A stretch of DNA of 64,000 nucleotides from NCBI GenBank assembly GCA_004332335.1, contig SISS01000013.1:2804-66803 (forward strand), written 5' to 3'. Shown here piece after piece: positions 1-9,474 of the stretch. The position numbers and the translations under genes are program-made. Under the pieces are notes generated by a model, which was not told where the DNA came from, did no database searches, and saw only the letters and a program-made list of their open reading frames with translations. Position 1 is the first letter of the stretch. Each line of letters opens with the position of its first letter. Origin of the DNA: Methanoregulaceae archaeon UXB-2016 (GTDB lineage: Archaea > Halobacteriota > Methanomicrobia > Methanomicrobiales > Methanospirillaceae).

Positions 1-47
1 CGAGGATGAGTGGAAAAGGATCTCGCGATCCGGAATTGAGATCTAAA

Positions 48-156
48 TGCTGCGGGAGGGATCCGAACCCCCGATCTCCAGATGTCTCAGGAAACGGCGC
101 CTCATCGCGATTAAACCCTATGAGTCTGGCGCCATAACCGGCTAGGCCACCGCAGC
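48..156 (-). tRNA. tRNA with anticodon CAU (elongator Met or Ile2) carrying a 35-nt intron at the canonical 37/38 position
   Basis: The reverse complement folds as a cloverleaf. Acceptor is GCUGCGG/CCGCAGC plus A73, anticodon stem is CCAGA/UCUGG, the loop is CUCAUA-[intron]-A, and the T arm is GGGGG-UUCGGAU-CCCUC. The intron contains AUGAG, complementary to the anticodon loop. No CCA is encoded. Confidence 0.85.
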
Positions 157-238
157 ATGCACGTTGTGCATAATGAAAACGCAGGAAAAACGGATAAAGA
201 TTCTCCTCATTACAGGGTCGCCATCAGTCATACGGCCG

Positions 239-2260
239 TCATCCGAGCGTTTCGAAGAGGCGCACCACGTCGCCGAAGTCGATCCGCAGGTTGCGATTGT
301 AGTCGAAGAGCTGGACCGGCTCGTGATCCGCGATCCACTCCATGCTGTTGAAGAAGAGGACCACGTCCGCGAAGTCGAACCGACCGTTGCCGTTCACGTC
401 CTCGTACAGCCGGTCGCCGTCGGGGTCGGTCGGCCGGCTCGCGCCGGGCGGCACGGCGACCGGCGCCGGCATCGCGTAACCGACGAGCGGCAGGGCGTCG
501 ACGTTCGTGCCCTTCCCCGTGAGGTCGAAGGGCTCATCCCCGATCCCGTCGTGATCGGTGTCGTAGGCCCGGTCGGACCAGCCCCGGCGGTCGGGCGAGC
601 CCCAGTAGTTGCCGCCCGTGTACGGCCCGCCGACCACGTTCGTCTCGCTCGTCTTCGTAGTGTTCCACACGTTCGGGAGGTCGACCCCACCGACCAGGAG
701 GTTCCTGGTGTTGCTGAGCCGGTTGTCGGCGATCCGGTTCCCACCGGCCGAGTAGAGCGAGAGGCCGGCCGTGACGCTCGAGTCGATCGTGTTTCCACCG
801 ACGACGTTCGCGTGAGAGTTCCGGATGAAGAGCCCAACCTGATTCGCACCGAGCCGGCTGTCGAGGACCGAGACGCCGGTGGTCCCCCCGTCGAGCGAGA
901 CCCCGGCAAAGGTCGAGCCCGTGATCGCGGCGTCCTCGAGCCGCCCGCCCGTGACGTTGTAAAAGGCCGCCCCCTCGTCCCAATCGCTCAGGGCAAGGTT
1001 TCGGACCGTGACGTTCGCAAGGCTGCCGCCCGCGCGGTAGACCAGCAGGCCGTACTGCCCCGTGCCGGCCGCCGCGTCGACCGTGTGGCCCCTCCCGTCC
1101 AGCACCACGGTCGACGCCCGGACCTCGATCGCGCGCGATGCGTCGAGGGCCTTGAAGTCGCGGGTGAGGTAGTATTCGCCGGGCTCCGTGATCGCGTACG
1201 GCAGGGCCTCGATGGCACGCGGCGTCGGCACGGCCATGGGGCCGAACTCCACCTTCTCGGTCATCCAGAGCATCGAGGCGCAGTCCTGGTCGAACATCCG
1301 GACCGAGGCATCGTAATCCATGTCCATACTGACCCGGAAGAGACCGTTGGGCCGGCCCGCGGTCGTCCCCCACGAGTTGAGCATGACCCAGTACCGGTTC
1401 TCGGGGTCCGTGTCGTTGTAGCCGACGCAGACGACGGCATGCCCTCCTCCCTCCTGGTCGTTCCAGGCCGTGTTCACCCAGGGATCGGGGTCCCAGGCCG
1501 TACCGTTCTCGCTGCCACCGACCCAGAATATGTAGAAGGCATTCCACGCGCTCGAGTTCGGGAGGTAGTAGGCGAACCAGACGCCGCGGTCGTCGTCGAG
1601 CACGGCCTTGATCCGCGCGATCGCCTCAGCCTGTCCCACGTGCCGCGTCGGGATCCGCTGGGCCTCGATCGATCGGAGCTGGTAGTGCGGCTCGGTCCCG
1701 ATTGCGTAGGCCGGGACCAGGGAACGGCCGTTGTCGACGCACCACTGGACACCGTCCTGGTACTGCGCGTTCGGGTTCGACCAGGGCACGGCCATACCGG
1801 ACGTCGAGTAGAACTCCGTGAAGTCGGTCAGATATCCGCCGTCTCCGGCCCAGCGGTTGTCCGGATAGGGGGAGTGGAAGTTGGCGTCCAGGTACTCGAT
1901 CGAGAGCCGATCGCGCACCCCGTCCTGGACGCTGTGCGCGATCTCCATCACCCCGGTTCCGGCCCAGGCCCAGCAGTTACCGGACCAGCCCTGGTCCCGC
2001 TCTTCAGGCGTGTAGTCGAGGAAGGGGAGCAGGTCCTGCGAGCCGGTCGCATTCATGATGCCGCGCATCCGCGAGGGCGCGAGCGTGACCGCCGGCGCCT
2101 GGGCGTAGGCCTCGCTCCAGCTCCGGAGCTGCTCCTGGCTCGGGTGCATGATCCCGTGCTCGGATTGGACGGCTCCGACCGCCGGAACGAGAAGCAACGC
2201 GATGAGGAGAACAACGAGGCCGGAGAGACCATTCACCATGAGAATGAGTCGTCCGGTCAA
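239..2260 (-). CDS. Secreted mosaic protein: papain-like cysteine peptidase domain, PbH1/NosD-type beta-helix repeats, and a C-terminal dockerin-like double EF-hand
   Basis: 673-aa ORF with a hydrophobic N-terminal anchor or signal (GLSGLVVLLIALLLVPAVGA). It has a GNCWAWAG Cys-motif and repeated beta-helix segments (NVTVRNLALS, GVSVLDSRLG, NVVGGNTID, NRIADNRLS). The C-terminus carries two loops, DVNGNGRFDFADVV and DYNRNLRIDFGDVV. Confidence 0.7.
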   Translation of the reverse strand: MTGRLILMVNGLSGLVVLLIALLLVPAVGAVQSEHGIMHPSQEQLRSWSEAYAQAPAVTLAPSRMRGIMNATGSQDLLPFLDYTPEERDQGWSGNCWAWAGTGVMEIAHSVQDGVRDRLSIEYLDANFHSPYPDNRWAGDGGYLTDFTEFYSTSGMAVPWSNPNAQYQDGVQWCVDNGRSLVPAYAIGTEPHYQLRSIEAQRIPTRHVGQAEAIARIKAVLDDDRGVWFAYYLPNSSAWNAFYIFWVGGSENGTAWDPDPWVNTAWNDQEGGGHAVVCVGYNDTDPENRYWVMLNSWGTTAGRPNGLFRVSMDMDYDASVRMFDQDCASMLWMTEKVEFGPMAVPTPRAIEALPYAITEPGEYYLTRDFKALDASRAIEVRASTVVLDGRGHTVDAAAGTGQYGLLVYRAGGSLANVTVRNLALSDWDEGAAFYNVTGGRLEDAAITGSTFAGVSLDGGTTGVSVLDSRLGANQVGLFIRNSHANVVGGNTIDSSVTAGLSLYSAGGNRIADNRLSNTRNLLVGGVDLPNVWNTTKTSETNVVGGPYTGGNYWGSPDRRGWSDRAYDTDHDGIGDEPFDLTGKGTNVDALPLVGYAMPAPVAVPPGASRPTDPDGDRLYEDVNGNGRFDFADVVLFFNSMEWIADHEPVQLFDYNRNLRIDFGDVVRLFETLG

Positions 2261-2284
2261 AAGAAAAAGGCGCTGGTCCCCGTC

Positions 2285-3763
2285 TCACTCGGCGGGTTTG
2301 GTGCGCAGGTAGGCCCCGACCGCGGCCGAGATCGCGGCCACCTCCTTGGTCTGGCGGAACGACGCGGCGAGCGTCTGCATCCGCGCCTCGTCCTCGCGGA
2401 GCGCCCTCATCAGGCTCCGCTGGATATGCTCCTCGGCGAGGAAGTGGGTATGGGTGTTCCCGGCCACGAAGTGCCGGTTGTGCATCAGGGCGTAGTGGAG
2501 CGGAAGGGTGGTCTTGACCCCGAGGATGACATACTCCGAGATCGCACGGCGCATCCGCTCGATCGCCTTCTGCCGGCTCAGCCCGTAGGTGCAGAGCTTC
2601 GAGATCATCGAGTCGTAGTACGGCGAGATCGCGTAGCCCATGTGGACGCCCGAGTCGAGCCGGACCCCGGGTCCGCCGGGCGACCGGTACCGGACGATCT
2701 TGCCGGGCGTCGCCTGGAAGTTGTTGAGGGGGTCCTCGGCGTTGATCCGGCACTCGATCGCGTGGCCCCGGAGGCTGATCTCCTCCTGGCTGTACTCGAG
2801 AGGCTCGCCGGCCGCGGTCGCGATCTGCTGGCGGACCAGGTCGACCCCGGTCACGAGCTCGGTGATCGTGTGCTCGACCTGGAGCCGGGTGTTCATCTCC
2901 ATGAAGTAGTACTGCCCGTCCGCGTACAGGAACTCGACCGTCCCCGCGTTCACGTACCCCGAGGCACGGGCGACGGCGAGCGCCGAGGCGGTCATCCGGT
3001 CGCGGAGCTCGCCGGTCATGATCGGGCAGGGCGACTCCTCGACGAGCTTCTGGTGCCGCCTCTGGATCGAGCACTCGCGCTCGTACAGGTGGACCCCGTG
3101 CCCGTGGGTGTCGCAGAGGATCTGGACCTCGATATGGCGGGGCTTGACCAGGTACTTCTCGAGAAAGACCGTCGGGTCCCCGAACGCAGACTGGGCGATT
3201 CGCTGCCCCGCCGCGATCGCCTCCTCGAGCCCGGCCTCGTCCTCGACGATCTGCATCCCGATCCCGCCGCCGCCCGACGAGGCCTTGACGAGCACGGGAT
3301 AGCCGATCTCGGCCGCGACCCGCTTCGCCTCCTCGAGGTCGCGGATCCCTTCGGGCGTGCCGGGCACGACGGGCACGCCGGCCTGCCGCATCATCTGCTT
3401 CGCCCCGATCTTCGAGCCCATCATCTCGATCGTGCGTGAGCTCGGGCCGATGAAGGCCACACCCTCCTCCTCGCAGGCCCGGGCGAACCCGGCGTTTTCG
3501 GCCAGGAAACCGTAGCCCGGATGGATCGCCTCCGCCCCGGTCTTGCGCGCCACGTCGAGGATACGGTCGATCCTCAGGTAGGACTTCGCCGGATGGGCCT
3601 CGCCCACGCCGAACGCCTCGTCCGCGTAGTGGACGTGGAGCGAGTTCTTGTCCGCGTCCGAGTAGATCGCGACCGTCTCGATTCCGAGCTCGCGGCAGGC
3701 GCGCATCACCCGGATCGCGATCTCGCCGCGGTTCGCGATCAGAACCTTCTCGAAGAAGGTCAT
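2285..3763 (-). CDS. pycA: Pyruvate carboxylase subunit A (biotin carboxylase)
   Basis: 492-aa ORF. The N-terminus [23 protein letters not shown] and the ATP-grasp region are typical of AccC/PycA. The start overlaps the upstream pycB stop in an ATGA. Confidence 0.9.
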   Translation of the reverse strand: MTFFEKVLIANRGEIAIRVMRACRELGIETVAIYSDADKNSLHVHYADEAFGVGEAHPAKSYLRIDRILDVARKTGAEAIHPGYGFLAENAGFARACEEEGVAFIGPSSRTIEMMGSKIGAKQMMRQAGVPVVPGTPEGIRDLEEAKRVAAEIGYPVLVKASSGGGGIGMQIVEDEAGLEEAIAAGQRIAQSAFGDPTVFLEKYLVKPRHIEVQILCDTHGHGVHLYERECSIQRRHQKLVEESPCPIMTGELRDRMTASALAVARASGYVNAGTVEFLYADGQYYFMEMNTRLQVEHTITELVTGVDLVRQQIATAAGEPLEYSQEEISLRGHAIECRINAEDPLNNFQATPGKIVRYRSPGGPGVRLDSGVHMGYAISPYYDSMISKLCTYGLSRQKAIERMRRAISEYVILGVKTTLPLHYALMHNRHFVAGNTHTHFLAEEHIQRSLMRALREDEARMQTLAASFRQTKEVAAISAAVGAYLRTKPAE

Positions 3764-5514
3764 TCGACCACCAGGAGGACGTCGCCCGCCTGGACCACGT
3801 CGCCTGCGTCGACGAAGATCTCAGTCACTGTCCCGTCCCGCGGGCTGTGGATCGGGTTCTCCATCTTCATCGCCTCGAGCACGACCAGGGTGTCGCCCTT
3901 CTTGACCTGGGTCCCTCGGCTGGTTCGGATCTCGAGGACCATGCCCTGCATGTTCGACTTGATGCCGTTTTTGACATCACCGCGCGGGGCCCGCTCCTCG
4001 CGCCGCTCGATCCCGGCCGCGACCGCCGTCCCCTCGACCGAGAGGATCCGGACCGAGAAGCGTTCGCCGTCGACCTCGACCTCCATCATGGACGGGACCT
4101 CGGCGGCCCGCCGTGCTGCCGACGCGGCCAGCCCGGCCGACGGGATCGCCTCGGGACTCCGCTCCCCCTTCAGGAACGAGGGCGCGATCGCCGGGTAGAG
4201 GATGTAGGTCAGGACGTCCTCCTCGCAGCGGGCGAGGCCCTGCTCCCCGGCCTGGGCGCACATCTTGTCGTAGACCGGCTCGAGGAGGTCGGCTGGCCGG
4301 CAGACAACGCACTCCTCGTCCTCGCTCAGGATCTGCCGGCGGATCTCGTCGGCCACCGGGGCCGGCGAGTGGCCGTAGAGGCCCCGGACGTAGTCCCGGA
4401 CCTCCTTCGAGACGTTCTTGTACCGCTCGCCGAGCAGGACGTTCAGCACGGCCTGGCTCCCGACGATCTGCGAGGTCGGCGTGACGAGCGGGGGGTACCC
4501 GAGGTCGGCCCGGACCCTCGGCACCTCCTGGTAGAGCTCCTCGAGCCGGTCGAGGGCGTCCTGCTCCTTCAGCTGCGAGACCAGGTTCGAGATCATGCCG
4601 CCGGGGAGCTGGTAGATCAGCACGTCCGAATCGACCCGCTCCGTGATCGGGTCCACGAGGGCTCCGTACTTGTCGCGGAGGGCCAGGCAGACGTTCCGGG
4701 CCGCGCGAAGCGTCAGCAGGTCGATCCCCGACTCCCGGTCCGTGCCGACGAGCGAAGCGACCACGGACTCGGTCGGCGGCTGCGAGGTCCCGAGGGCGAA
4801 CGGCGACATGGCCGTGTCCAGGATGTCGACCCCGACGTCGATCGCGGCCTGGTAGGACATCGAGGCGATCCCCGAGGTCGAGTGGGAGTGCAGGCAGACC
4901 GGGAGCCCGGTCGCGCGCTTGATCCCCGTGATCAGCTCGCGGGCGGCGGCAGGCATGACCAGGCCGGCCATGTCCTTGATGCAGATCGAGTCCGCCTCGA
5001 GTGCGTAGAGCTCCTCGGCCATCTTCACGAACGTCTCGACCGAGTGGACCGGCGAGAGCGTGTACGCGATCGCGCCCTGGAGGTGGGCGCCCACGTCCCG
5101 AACGGCCCGCATCGACCGCTCCATGTTCCGGACGTCGTTGAGCGCGTCGAAGATCCGGAAGACCTCGACCCCGTTCCTGTGCGCGGCCCCAACAAAACGG
5201 TCGACCACGTCGTCGGGGTAGTGTCGGTACCCGACCAGGTTCTGGCCCCGGAGCAGCATCTGGATCCGGGTGTTCGGCAGGGCCTCCTTGAGCTTCCGGA
5301 GCCGCTCCCAGGGGTCCTCGGCCAGGAACCGGATGCAGGAGTCGAAGGTCGCCCCGCCCCATGCCTCGACCGACCAGAACCCGGCTTTGTCGAACAGACG
5401 GGCCAGGGGCAGCATGTCCTCGGTCCGCAGTCGAGTTGCGATGAGTGACTGGTGGGCGTCCCGCAGCGTCGTATCGGTGATATGAAGCGGTTGTTGTAGA
5501 ATTGCAGCACTCAA
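3760..5514 (-). CDS. pycB: Pyruvate carboxylase subunit B (carboxyltransferase plus biotin carrier domain)
   Basis: The reading frame is that of ORF 3760..5604. It has the [11 protein letters not shown] motif and a C-terminal biotinylation motif EAMKMEN. I place the start at TTG 5514, which has AAGGTG 6 nt upstream, because the ATG at 5604 would overlap ecfT. Confidence 0.85.
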   Translation of the reverse strand: MSAAILQQPLHITDTTLRDAHQSLIATRLRTEDMLPLARLFDKAGFWSVEAWGGATFDSCIRFLAEDPWERLRKLKEALPNTRIQMLLRGQNLVGYRHYPDDVVDRFVGAAHRNGVEVFRIFDALNDVRNMERSMRAVRDVGAHLQGAIAYTLSPVHSVETFVKMAEELYALEADSICIKDMAGLVMPAAARELITGIKRATGLPVCLHSHSTSGIASMSYQAAIDVGVDILDTAMSPFALGTSQPPTESVVASLVGTDRESGIDLLTLRAARNVCLALRDKYGALVDPITERVDSDVLIYQLPGGMISNLVSQLKEQDALDRLEELYQEVPRVRADLGYPPLVTPTSQIVGSQAVLNVLLGERYKNVSKEVRDYVRGLYGHSPAPVADEIRRQILSEDEECVVCRPADLLEPVYDKMCAQAGEQGLARCEEDVLTYILYPAIAPSFLKGERSPEAIPSAGLAASAARRAAEVPSMMEVEVDGERFSVRILSVEGTAVAAGIERREERAPRGDVKNGIKSNMQGMVLEIRTSRGTQVKKGDTLVVLEAMKMENPIHSPRDGTVTEIFVDAGDVVQAGDVLLVVE

Positions 5515-5560
5515 TCTCGCACCTTCGGCTCGTGTCTCGGACAAAAGCCGGAAGAGCTGT

Positions 5561-6214
5561 TCACTGTAAAAGTATAAAAATATCCCGCGTTTGCAGAATC
5601 GCAAAGAGCATCATGCAGATCGCGGCGAGGGCGGCCGGGAGGTCCCGAGCCCCGCGCTCGAAGCGCGGACAGTGCCTGCCCCCGCCGGCGTACCCCCGGA
5701 GGGCGAGGAGCAGGGCGAGCTCCCGGCTCCGGCGGAGCTCGGCGAAAAGGAGGGCGTTCCCCACCGGGAGCCACTGGCGGAAGCGGGAGCGCACGCCCTT
5801 CTGCGCGACGGCGAGGCGGATCCGGGCGAGGTCCTCGCCGGCCACCGCGATCGTTTGGAGCGCGAGCTCTGCGGTCAGGCTGAGGTCGAACCCGATCCGG
5901 CGCCCGAGGAGCCAGACACCGAGGTCCAGGAGCTCGCCGTCCCGCCGGTGAGCGTAGGCGTAGGTCGCCACGAGCAGGACCGCGCCGATCCGGATCGTGT
6001 AGGAGAGACCGTCGCCTCCGGAGAGCGAGGTGGCGAGCCCGGCCAGCCCGACCGTGATCCCCAGGTAGAGGACGGCGAGGGGGGCGGGGAGGTCCTGACG
6101 CCGCCGCGAGAGCACGAGCCACCAGGCGCAGGCGAGCGCCGCGCCCACGACCGAGAGATAGGCCGCGCCCGAGAGGGCGGCGACGGCAAGGAGGCGAAGG
6201 CGGACGTCCCGCAT
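5561..6214 (-). CDS. ECF transporter transmembrane (T) component, CbiQ/EcfT/BioN-like
   Basis: 217-aa polytopic membrane ORF with an ALRGYAGGG coupling-helix-like motif. It lies directly downstream of two ABC ATPases and bioY, with an ATGA overlap. Confidence 0.7.
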   Translation of the reverse strand: MRDVRLRLLAVAALSGAAYLSVVGAALACAWWLVLSRRRQDLPAPLAVLYLGITVGLAGLATSLSGGDGLSYTIRIGAVLLVATYAYAHRRDGELLDLGVWLLGRRIGFDLSLTAELALQTIAVAGEDLARIRLAVAQKGVRSRFRQWLPVGNALLFAELRRSRELALLLALRGYAGGGRHCPRFERGARDLPAALAAICMMLFAILQTRDIFILLQ

Positions 6215-6819
6215 CAGCCACTCCCAGGGCTCTCTTCACAGGGGCGGAGGGCTCCCTCCTCGATCGTCCAGGCGCGGTCGGGCGCCGGGAGGTACCGCGT
6301 CTCATGGGTCAGGACCACGGTCACGCCCGGGCGGTCCGTGAGCGCCCGCCCGAGCCGGAGCTTCTCGCGCACGTCGCAGGAGGCGAAGGGCTCGTCGAGC
6401 ACGAGGAGGTCGGGGGCCGCCTCGAGGGCGCACCCGAGCACGAGCCGCTTCTGTTCGCCGCGGCTGAGCCGGAACGGGTCGTCGCCGGCCCGTTCGGCGA
6501 GATCGAGGCGGGCGAGCAGGGGGAGCGGCTCGAGCCCCCAGGACGCGGCCTCGGCCCGGACCGTGGTCCCGGTCAGGTGGAACTCGGCGAACTGCTGAAC
6601 CAGCAGCCGGCGGCCGACGCCGACGAGCTCGACCCGGCCTTCGGCAGGCCGGAGCCCGCCGCCGATGGCGAGGGCGAGGGTCGACTTGCCCGAGCCCACC
6701 CGGCCCGAGACGAGGTGGAGCCCTTCGCCGAGCACGGCGTCGGCCCGGAGCGCGAACTCTCCCCGGCGGAGGAGGAGGTGGTCGAACACGACCTCCATCA
6801 GTCCCTCCCCCCGGCCCAT
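6214..6819 (-). CDS. ECF/ABC transporter ATP-binding protein (short form)
   Basis: Walker A GRVGSGKST, signature LSRGEQKR, Walker B LLVLDEP. Confidence 0.8.
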   Translation of the reverse strand: MGRGEGLMEVVFDHLLLRRGEFALRADAVLGEGLHLVSGRVGSGKSTLALAIGGGLRPAEGRVELVGVGRRLLVQQFAEFHLTGTTVRAEAASWGLEPLPLLARLDLAERAGDDPFRLSRGEQKRLVLGCALEAAPDLLVLDEPFASCDVREKLRLGRALTDRPGVTVVLTHETRYLPAPDRAWTIEEGALRPCEESPGSG

Positions 6820-7445
6820 TCATCGAAGAGGGCCAGCGCCCCGGCCCCGGTCGCCGTGACCCGCCCGCGATCGAGGGCGAGCACGTGGTCGGCCAGCTCC
6901 GCGATCGCCGGGTTGTGCGTGGACCAGAGGACGTGCCGGACGCCGGCGCCCCGGACCAGGGGCAGGAGGGAGGCGAAGGTCTCGGGGTCGAGGCTCGCGT
7001 CGAACTCGTCGAGCGCAAGGACCGCGGGCCGCCGGACGAGTGCGGCCGCGAGCGCCACGATCGCCTTCTCCCCGCCGGAGAGCGTGAGCGTCGACCGGTC
7101 GAGGAGCGATCCGATACCGAGCTCTTGGGCCACGGCCCGGATCCTTGCCTCGACCGAACCGCAGTCCATGCCCGCAAAGCGACAGGCCGAGGCGACCTCG
7201 TCCCGGACCCGCGAGAAGAGGAGGGAGCGCTCGGGGAAGGCCGCAACCCAGCCGGCATCGACCTCCCGGGGCGGACGGCCGTCGACAAGAATCGTGCCCG
7301 ATTCAGGCAGGCGCAGCCCCACGGCCAGTTCGAGGAGTGTGGTCTTGCCCGCGCCGTTCAGGCCGATCACGGCCGTGAGCCCTTCGGGGATGGAGAGCGC
7401 AGGGCAGTCGAGCCCCCGGGTCGTCAACTCACGACACTCGATCAT
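6798..7445 (-). CDS. ECF/ABC transporter ATP-binding protein
   Basis: Walker A GLNGAGKTT, signature LSGGEKAI, Walker B VLALDEF. ATGA overlap with the bioY stop. Confidence 0.8.
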   Translation of the reverse strand: MIECRELTTRGLDCPALSIPEGLTAVIGLNGAGKTTLLELAVGLRLPESGTILVDGRPPREVDAGWVAAFPERSLLFSRVRDEVASACRFAGMDCGSVEARIRAVAQELGIGSLLDRSTLTLSGGEKAIVALAAALVRRPAVLALDEFDASLDPETFASLLPLVRGAGVRHVLWSTHNPAIAELADHVLALDRGRVTATGAGALALFDEWAGGRD

Positions 7446-7963
7446 GAGCGGTCATGTCGGAGACGGTCGCCGAGGAGGTAGACTGCGCCCGCCTTCACGG
7501 CGTCGCCCGGCAGGAACGGGAGCGAACCGACGGCGATCGCGGCCGGCAGGGCCATCCCGGTCGAGAGGATCATCCACGCGACCCCGAAGCCATGGATGGC
7601 GAGGGCACCCAAGAGAAGTCCAATCGCGCGGACCGGCGCCTCGGGCCGTTCGTACGCCAGCCCGACCACGAGCCCGGCGACGACGAAGCCGACGAGAAAA
7701 CCGCCGGTCGGCCCGAGGAGGACGCCCACGCCGGCCAGCCCGTTGTGAAAGACCGGGAGCCCGAGCGCGCCCAGGACCGCGTAGGAGAGCGGCGGGAGGA
7801 AACCCCAGCGTCCCAGCAGCACCCCCGCGAGCAGCACGAAGAGGGTCTGAAGCGTGAGCGGGACCGGAACGAAGGGGATCGAGATCCAGGCACCGAGCGC
7901 GATCAGGGCGACGAACGTCGCGGTCAGGGCGGTCCTGGTCGCGGTCGGAAGGTCACCGAACAT
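7442..7963 (-). CDS. bioY: Biotin transporter S-component BioY
   Basis: The start is an internal ATG at 7963 in ORF 7442..8488. The product is a 173-aa multi-TM protein (MFGDLPTATRTALTATFVALIALGAWISIPFVPVPLTLQT...) typical of BioY. The upstream 175 aa of the ORF are R/P-rich shadow sequence. Confidence 0.8.
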   Translation of the reverse strand: MFGDLPTATRTALTATFVALIALGAWISIPFVPVPLTLQTLFVLLAGVLLGRWGFLPPLSYAVLGALGLPVFHNGLAGVGVLLGPTGGFLVGFVVAGLVVGLAYERPEAPVRAIGLLLGALAIHGFGVAWMILSTGMALPAAIAVGSLPFLPGDAVKAGAVYLLGDRLRHDRS

Positions 7964-8040
7964 CGTACACCATCCTAAAAAAGTTGGTTGACGAAGAGGA
8001 TGAAGGTGTCGGACGGGGCGGAGCGAAAGAGGAGAGGGGG

Positions 8041-9021
8041 TCAGGCGTGGAAGCAGTCGCCCGCGATCACGCGCTCGATCTTGCCGTTCTCTTTCCGGAT
8101 GATGAGAGCCCCGAACTCGTCGATGTCGATCGCCTCCCCGTCGAACGACTTCTTCAGGGTATTGACGCGGACGTGCTGCTCGAGCGTACACGACATCGAT
8201 TTCCACTCGCGGAGGATCGCGTCGTACTCCTGCGCCTCGAGCAGCTCGTAGTGCCGCTCGAACTCGCGGAGCAGCCGGGCCAGGAACCGGGCGCGGTCGA
8301 CCTCGTGCTCGAGCTCGGCCCGGATCGTCGTGACCGTCCGCTGAAGGTTCGGCGAGAGCACGGCCGGGTCGAAGTTGACGTCGACCCCGATGCCGAGGAG
8401 GCAGTAATGGATCGTGTCGGCCTCGGCCGCCAGCTCGAGCAGGAGGCCGGCGACCTTCTTGTCCCCGATATAGATGTCGTTCGGCCACTTGATCATGGCC
8501 CCGAGCCCGAACTCCCGCCGGATCGCCCGGGCGATCGCGACCGCGCCGGCCATGGTGATCATGAAGACGTGATCGATCGGGACGGTCGGCTTGAGGATGA
8601 TCGTGATCCAGATCCCGCCCTCGGGCGAGACCCAGGCCCGCCCGAGCCGGCCCACGCCGCCGGTCTGCTCCTCGGCGATCACGACCGTGCCGTGGAGATC
8701 GGGCGGGTAGCCCTCGGTCGCGAGCCGCCGCGCCACATCGATCGTGGACGGGACCGTGGGAAGGTAATGCATCCGCTTTCCGATCGCGTGGGTCTTGAGA
8801 TACTTCCTGATATCGTACGGCAGGAGGCGTTCGCTCGCGTGCCGGAGCGTATACCCCTCCTTCTGCGAGGAGGCGATATCGTATCCCTGCTCGCGCAGTT
8901 CCTGGATCTGCTTCCAGACCGCGGACCGGGTTACGCCCAGCTGACCGGCCAGCGCCTCGCCCGAGACCGGGCCGTTTGCCTCCTCCAGGAGGCGGATCGT
9001 CCGGTAGAGCGACTCCTTCAT
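8041..9021 (-). CDS. birA: Bifunctional biotin-[acetyl-CoA-carboxylase] ligase and biotin-operon repressor
   Basis: N-terminal wHTH (GEALAGQLGVTRSAVWKQIQELREQGYDI) plus the ligase core motif GGVGRLGRAWVSPEGG. Confidence 0.9.
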   Translation of the reverse strand: MKESLYRTIRLLEEANGPVSGEALAGQLGVTRSAVWKQIQELREQGYDIASSQKEGYTLRHASERLLPYDIRKYLKTHAIGKRMHYLPTVPSTIDVARRLATEGYPPDLHGTVVIAEEQTGGVGRLGRAWVSPEGGIWITIILKPTVPIDHVFMITMAGAVAIARAIRREFGLGAMIKWPNDIYIGDKKVAGLLLELAAEADTIHYCLLGIGVDVNFDPAVLSPNLQRTVTTIRAELEHEVDRARFLARLLREFERHYELLEAQEYDAILREWKSMSCTLEQHVRVNTLKKSFDGEAIDIDEFGALIIRKENGKIERVIAGDCFHA

Positions 9022-9461
9022 CGGACCGGTCCTCCCCGAGGTCCGTCGACGGGACAGGGGCCCGTGCCGCAGACCTCCGAGGTGATCGCGGACTGGTGCT
9101 CCATCAGGGACGCGAGATCGAAGATGCCCGTGATGTCGACCACCCCGATCGCCGCGATCGGAGCGCCGGCGGAGTCGCGGACCGGACCGACCACGACCGG
9201 GATCCCACGGTAGGGGCCCGAGGTTGGGCGGGCTCGCCGGAGCTCGTTGGCGGCCAGTACCTCCTCGAGCACCGGTCCCGAGTAGGCTGCATCCACCACC
9301 TGCCCGTTCTCGATCCGGAGCCCCGGGCGATCGCGGGAGCGTGCAGTCACAGGCAGGCGGTTGAGGAGCTCATGGAGCGCCATCAGGATCGGCTGGAGTG
9401 CGCGGGCGTCCGCCGCGGCTGAGATCTCGTACGTCTCCATCGGCTCACGTCTCATCGACAT
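9018..9461 (-). CDS. Conserved hypothetical protein (possibly DUF2111-like, methanogen-type)
   Basis: The start is an internal ATG at 9461 (MSMRREPMETYEIS...). The codon pattern looks coding. The stop overlaps the birA start in an ATGA. The family assignment is from memory only. Confidence 0.55.
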   Translation of the reverse strand: MSMRREPMETYEISAAADARALQPILMALHELLNRLPVTARSRDRPGLRIENGQVVDAAYSGPVLEEVLAANELRRARPTSGPYRGIPVVVGPVRDSAGAPIAAIGVVDITGIFDLASLMEHQSAITSEVCGTGPCPVDGPRGGPVR

Positions 9462-9474
9462 CGTTGACGGAGAG

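Noticed and set aside
164-3439. Very long ORFs antisense to, or out of frame with, recognisable genes. Examples are 164..3439, 21155..23428, 26532..29024, 38198..41440, 45813..48353 and 57029..59647, plus many R/P/G-rich ORFs of 60-500 aa.
   Set aside because: High-GC genomes lack stop codons in non-coding frames. These translations are low-complexity (R, P, G, D, E, H rich) and have no motifs. Each overlaps a frame with unmistakable homology (pycA, ppsA, corA/MFS, the histidine kinase, mutS, the oxidase).
5515-5604. ATG 5604 as the pycB start (MRFCKRGIFLYFYSEQLF...).
   Set aside because: It would overlap the ecfT 3' end by 44 nt and add a non-homologous, AT-codon-rich extension. TTG 5514, preceded by AAGGTG, fits the conserved N-terminus better.
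7964-8040. A BirA operator between birA and bioY.
   Set aside because: Only an imperfect dyad (CAACCAAC ... GGATGGTG, about 5/8 matches) is present. This is not enough to call a site.
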